A DNA stretch of 60,084 nucleotides, counting the filler, from Sanchytrium tribonematis (lineage: Eukaryota), in assembly GCA_018985235.1 (NCBI GenBank). It is 4 parts of 4 records of this genome, joined end to end, with 100 filler letters (N's around TTAATTAATTAA, not from the genome) between each part and the next. Parts side by side here need not be neighbours in the genome. Positions count along the whole stretch, not along the records: positions 45,265 to 60,084 come from JADGIG010000162.1; 3 more parts are not named here. One strand, 5' to 3'. Numbering within the stretch: position 1 is the first letter of the stretch; each line of letters begins with the position of its first letter. Positions 56,768 to 60,084 of this stretch are shown here, one piece after another. The position numbers and the translations under genes were made by a program. Below the pieces are notes generated by a model that saw only the letters and a program-made list of their open reading frames with translations, was not told the origin of the DNA and made no database searches.

Positions 56768-59700
56768 ATGCAAAAGAGCAAGAAACAAATTTATTAGCAA
56801 GAAAATAGCAAATTTTGCAACTATGTATGAGACAGACAAGTCAGTTTATATACTTGTTGCCACTACCAAAAGCAACGAGGAAGAAATTAAGGAATGAATC
56901 AGCAATGCTAATCTAACTGTTGCCAATTTATTTGAGGTACAACAATTCTTTGGTAAAATCATTCCTGAATCATATTTTAAAGACAAGGAACTAAAACATT
57001 ATGGAGAATTGAAAGATCCTATGACTCAAAATGTGGCCAAGGCAATCGCAAGACTATTCAAGATTGGAAAAATCATGCTGGACTACAGCTACATGCAATT
57101 TGATTTTAAGATTCACAAATCTACGAACATGAAAGTGTTTTGTGATGCATTAATATCTGATTGGTGGTCTAAAACCCTGAATAGACATTTGACATTAAAT
57201 GTAGTACGAGAAATCTTAAATTATGATCAAATCAATCTTATTGAATTCACCACTTTAAACGGTTACACTTTTAAGAAATATCTTATTCCATGCTCCTCCA
57301 ACACAAGTGATCTGTGTTCTATCTTTATCAATCATTCGGGATTACCGAATTCCTTCTAATGATATAACTACAGATGCTTCACCAATAAAAAATAAGCACA
57401 GCTTATCTCCCCTCGAATCAGAGAATAAAAGACTTAAAACCAGCCAGTTTCTCTCTTCAAATTTGAACACGAATCTAACCGATCCTCCAACTATTATTGA
57501 CTTCGATGAACGCATGAAGTAGACACAATGGACAGATATTTGTGCCACATTGATAATAATCTTAGAGTACTGCAGTATAACTGCAACAGAATTGGGAAAT
57601 TGAACAATAAATTTGAATTTAACAACCTGGTTGAACACAATCCACATGTGATTATACTCCAGGAGACATAAACCGATAAAGTACTTTCCCAAGTCCCAAA
57701 TTCTAAACAAATAAATCGAAAAAACTCTAAAAGACAATACAAACAACATTTATTTATTCATAAATCTGTAAAAAACTTCAAGCAAATCCATTCCAGTGAT
57801 AATTGTTACATTTATCAGTTTCATAATCAGCGCATTGCTTTTATCTACATTCCATATGCTCTTTTTCGCGATCAACAATACGAAGAGATCAAAAAATTTT
57901 TAAAAATCGCAATTGATTTAAAAGCTATCATTTTTGGTGATTTAAATTTTAATTTACTATCAATACATGGTTTCCATGATTCAGGTAGTAAATTACTTGT
58001 CCAATTAATGCAAAAAAACAGCTATAAGTTCCAAAATACGGATGAAAATTCAATGGTAAAAACTAATAAAATCCTGGATCATTGTTGGACCCATTCCTCA
58101 CAATCGGATGCTGTTTTGAATCACTCTGTTATAAATAGACCAGATTAATTTACATCTGGTCACTAGCCAACCCTTTCCGAAGTCAAACTATTGAAATAAA
58201 TTCATTCCTCAAGAAAAGAATATAACAACATCGTTAAACAAACTTAAGAACAAGCACATCTGGAATTGCTGGACAGTTAGCACAGGATCCATCTGCGGCC
58301 TATCAAAACTTATGTCAAATTAAAAATGCCACTACAAAATCACAAGTCTTTTGTGACATTGATGATATGATCGAATTTCAAAAACAACACTTTAACCATA
58401 AGCATCATGAATGGATAAAATCTCTCCAAAGATGACATTAATAAATCTAAAGAAATCATTTCTAAAATATTTACTACAAAAATTATTAAATCTGAACTTC
58501 AGCATCTCAATATAAATAAATCATCCGGAGGCTTATTACCTTCAATTGCAATTAAATTTTTACACAGTAATGGAGTTAAGGTGATTCGAAACCTCTTTTC
58601 CTTATCATATTTGAGCGATGAAATTTCAAAAACATGGACCGAATCTGGTCTTGTTGAAATATTTAAAATTAAAGGATCAACTGATGATCCCAAATATTAT
58701 CGACATATCAGTCTTCTTGTTCCTTTACGTAAAATATATGAAAAAATAATTTACTATTTTCATTTTCGCGAAAAATTAATCCCCTCTTATAAACAACATG
58801 GATTTTGTACATCTAGAAGTACATTAACTCAGCTGCACTACGTCAATAACTTTATTTTAAAATTCAGTAAAAATGGTGAGGTTATTATGGGATCTTTGGA
58901 TCTTTCTAGCGCTTTCGATTGCATAATTTATGATGATTTTGTCAAATTTACACGCGATAAACTACATATACATGATTTAAATTTAATTAGATCATTAATA
59001 GTAAATCAATCTATTTATTTAATCCGGGATTCTCAAAAATCTGAAATAAAAATGAAAAAGGGTTGCCCTCAAGGTGGCACCCTCTCTCCAATGCTTTTCT
59101 CTTTTGTCATTGACAAGATAATCTCAGAACTGAATTATGTTTCAGAAAAAATAGCCATCTGCCTTTAAGCGGATGATATTTTTCTCATTTCAAATGATGT
59201 TGATTATTTTAAACTGATTTAAAAAAAATCACCAATCTACTGATTAGATATTCATTCAAACCCAATCCAAATAAGTACCAAATCCATGCTTCAAAAGATG
59301 TAAATATTGAACTAAATTAAATTAAATTGAAACAATCGTCTTGGATTAGATATTTAGGAGTGCACTTAAATTGCTCTGGAATTGACTATGATAAAGAAAT
59401 ATCATGGAAAAAGCAAAAATTAGCATACCGTCAAATAAATAAAGATCTATCTACAAATTCACTTGAAAATACTGGAAATTTGTTCCACGGAAGAACCCTC
59501 TTTACTAAAGGAGTCATTTATCCATTATCAGCTACGGAATTACACTTTGGGACAGATACCACTTAAAGAACTTCGAATCAATACGCAAAAATGCATTTTA
59601 TGATATATTTTCAAATACAAGAAAAATCCATGAACTATTAGGCAAATTTCATCATGCTTATAAACTATACTCTAAAGCACGTCTTTCTTCTGAAAATCAG

Positions 59701-60084
59701 ATATTAAATACCATTAAACAACTTCAAAATGAGGATTTAGATACACCAGATTCTTATATAAATTTATTAAAACATAACACTTCCCATGCAGATAACATGA
59801 ACAGTTATGAGCCGCTTGTACACGAGAATAGAAAGGAATTGGATGCTGCCGTGGAGGAAAGACTGAAGAAAATGTGGGACACCCAGAAGCCAAAAATGAC
59901 ACAAGGAGACCACAGTCACGAAAGCATGACCGCGCAAGTCAACATTCCAGCGTCCCAGATTACGAAGAACCCTCTGAAATTAGATAAATTACTAACTAAA
60001 CTAGCACTTAACAACTCAGACCCTCAATTCAATGACTATGAAGCTACTTTAAAGAGTAAGAAGCTACAAAGATTCTTTTTAGCA
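56768..60084 (+). mobile_element. Decayed LINE (APE + RT) non-LTR retrotransposon, runs off the window
   Basis: Probable ORF1 remnants at ~56768-57522. ORF2 from ~57528: LRVLQYNC, ILQET, IFGDLN, LDH (APE); YRHISLL, QHGF, LDLSSAFD, GCPQGGTLSPMLF, *ADD (YADD Tyr to TAA), RYLGV (RT). Many stops. Confidence 0.88.

Noticed and set aside
714..59902. Many short antisense or overlapping ORFs in the six-frame track
   Set aside because: They are shadows of real genes or TE debris with no independent motif support.
1..60084. Non-standard genetic code (TAR=Gln as in some aphelids)
   Set aside because: Conserved genes end at TAA/TAG/TGA at the expected positions, and apparent internal stops are explained by tiny introns or TE decay.

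Overview
AT-rich, very compact eukaryotic nuclear DNA using the standard code. The gene content looks like an early-diverging fungus or close relative (inference). It is not a canonical microsporidian, since mitochondrial uL6, an Mdj1-type DnaJ, Isa1 and a GATOR2 subunit are present. The window is not contiguous: four ~15-kb contigs (1-15021, 15122-30105, 30206-45164, 45265-60084) are joined by 100-nt N44-TTAATTAATTAA-N44 linkers. Contigs 1-3 are gene-dense (about 30 genes, intergenic gaps down to 10-50 bp), and contig 2 starts with a decayed Ty3/Gypsy LTR element inside a long inverted repeat. Contig 4 is mostly decayed hAT and LINE sequence. Two observations stand out. (1) A 921-aa protein of four tandem globin repeats at a 177-aa period plus a degenerate N-terminal fifth, with no reductase or output domain and one repeat lacking the proximal His. 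It lies tail-to-tail with a G-alpha gene. (2) Tiny spliceosomal introns: six of eight are exactly 19 nt, all are GT...TAG, and all have T at -8 and A at -6. Other leads are paired minimal PacC/Rim101-like zinc-finger proteins, an unannotated secreted-peptide smORF, very short signal peptides and a secreted orphan protein.
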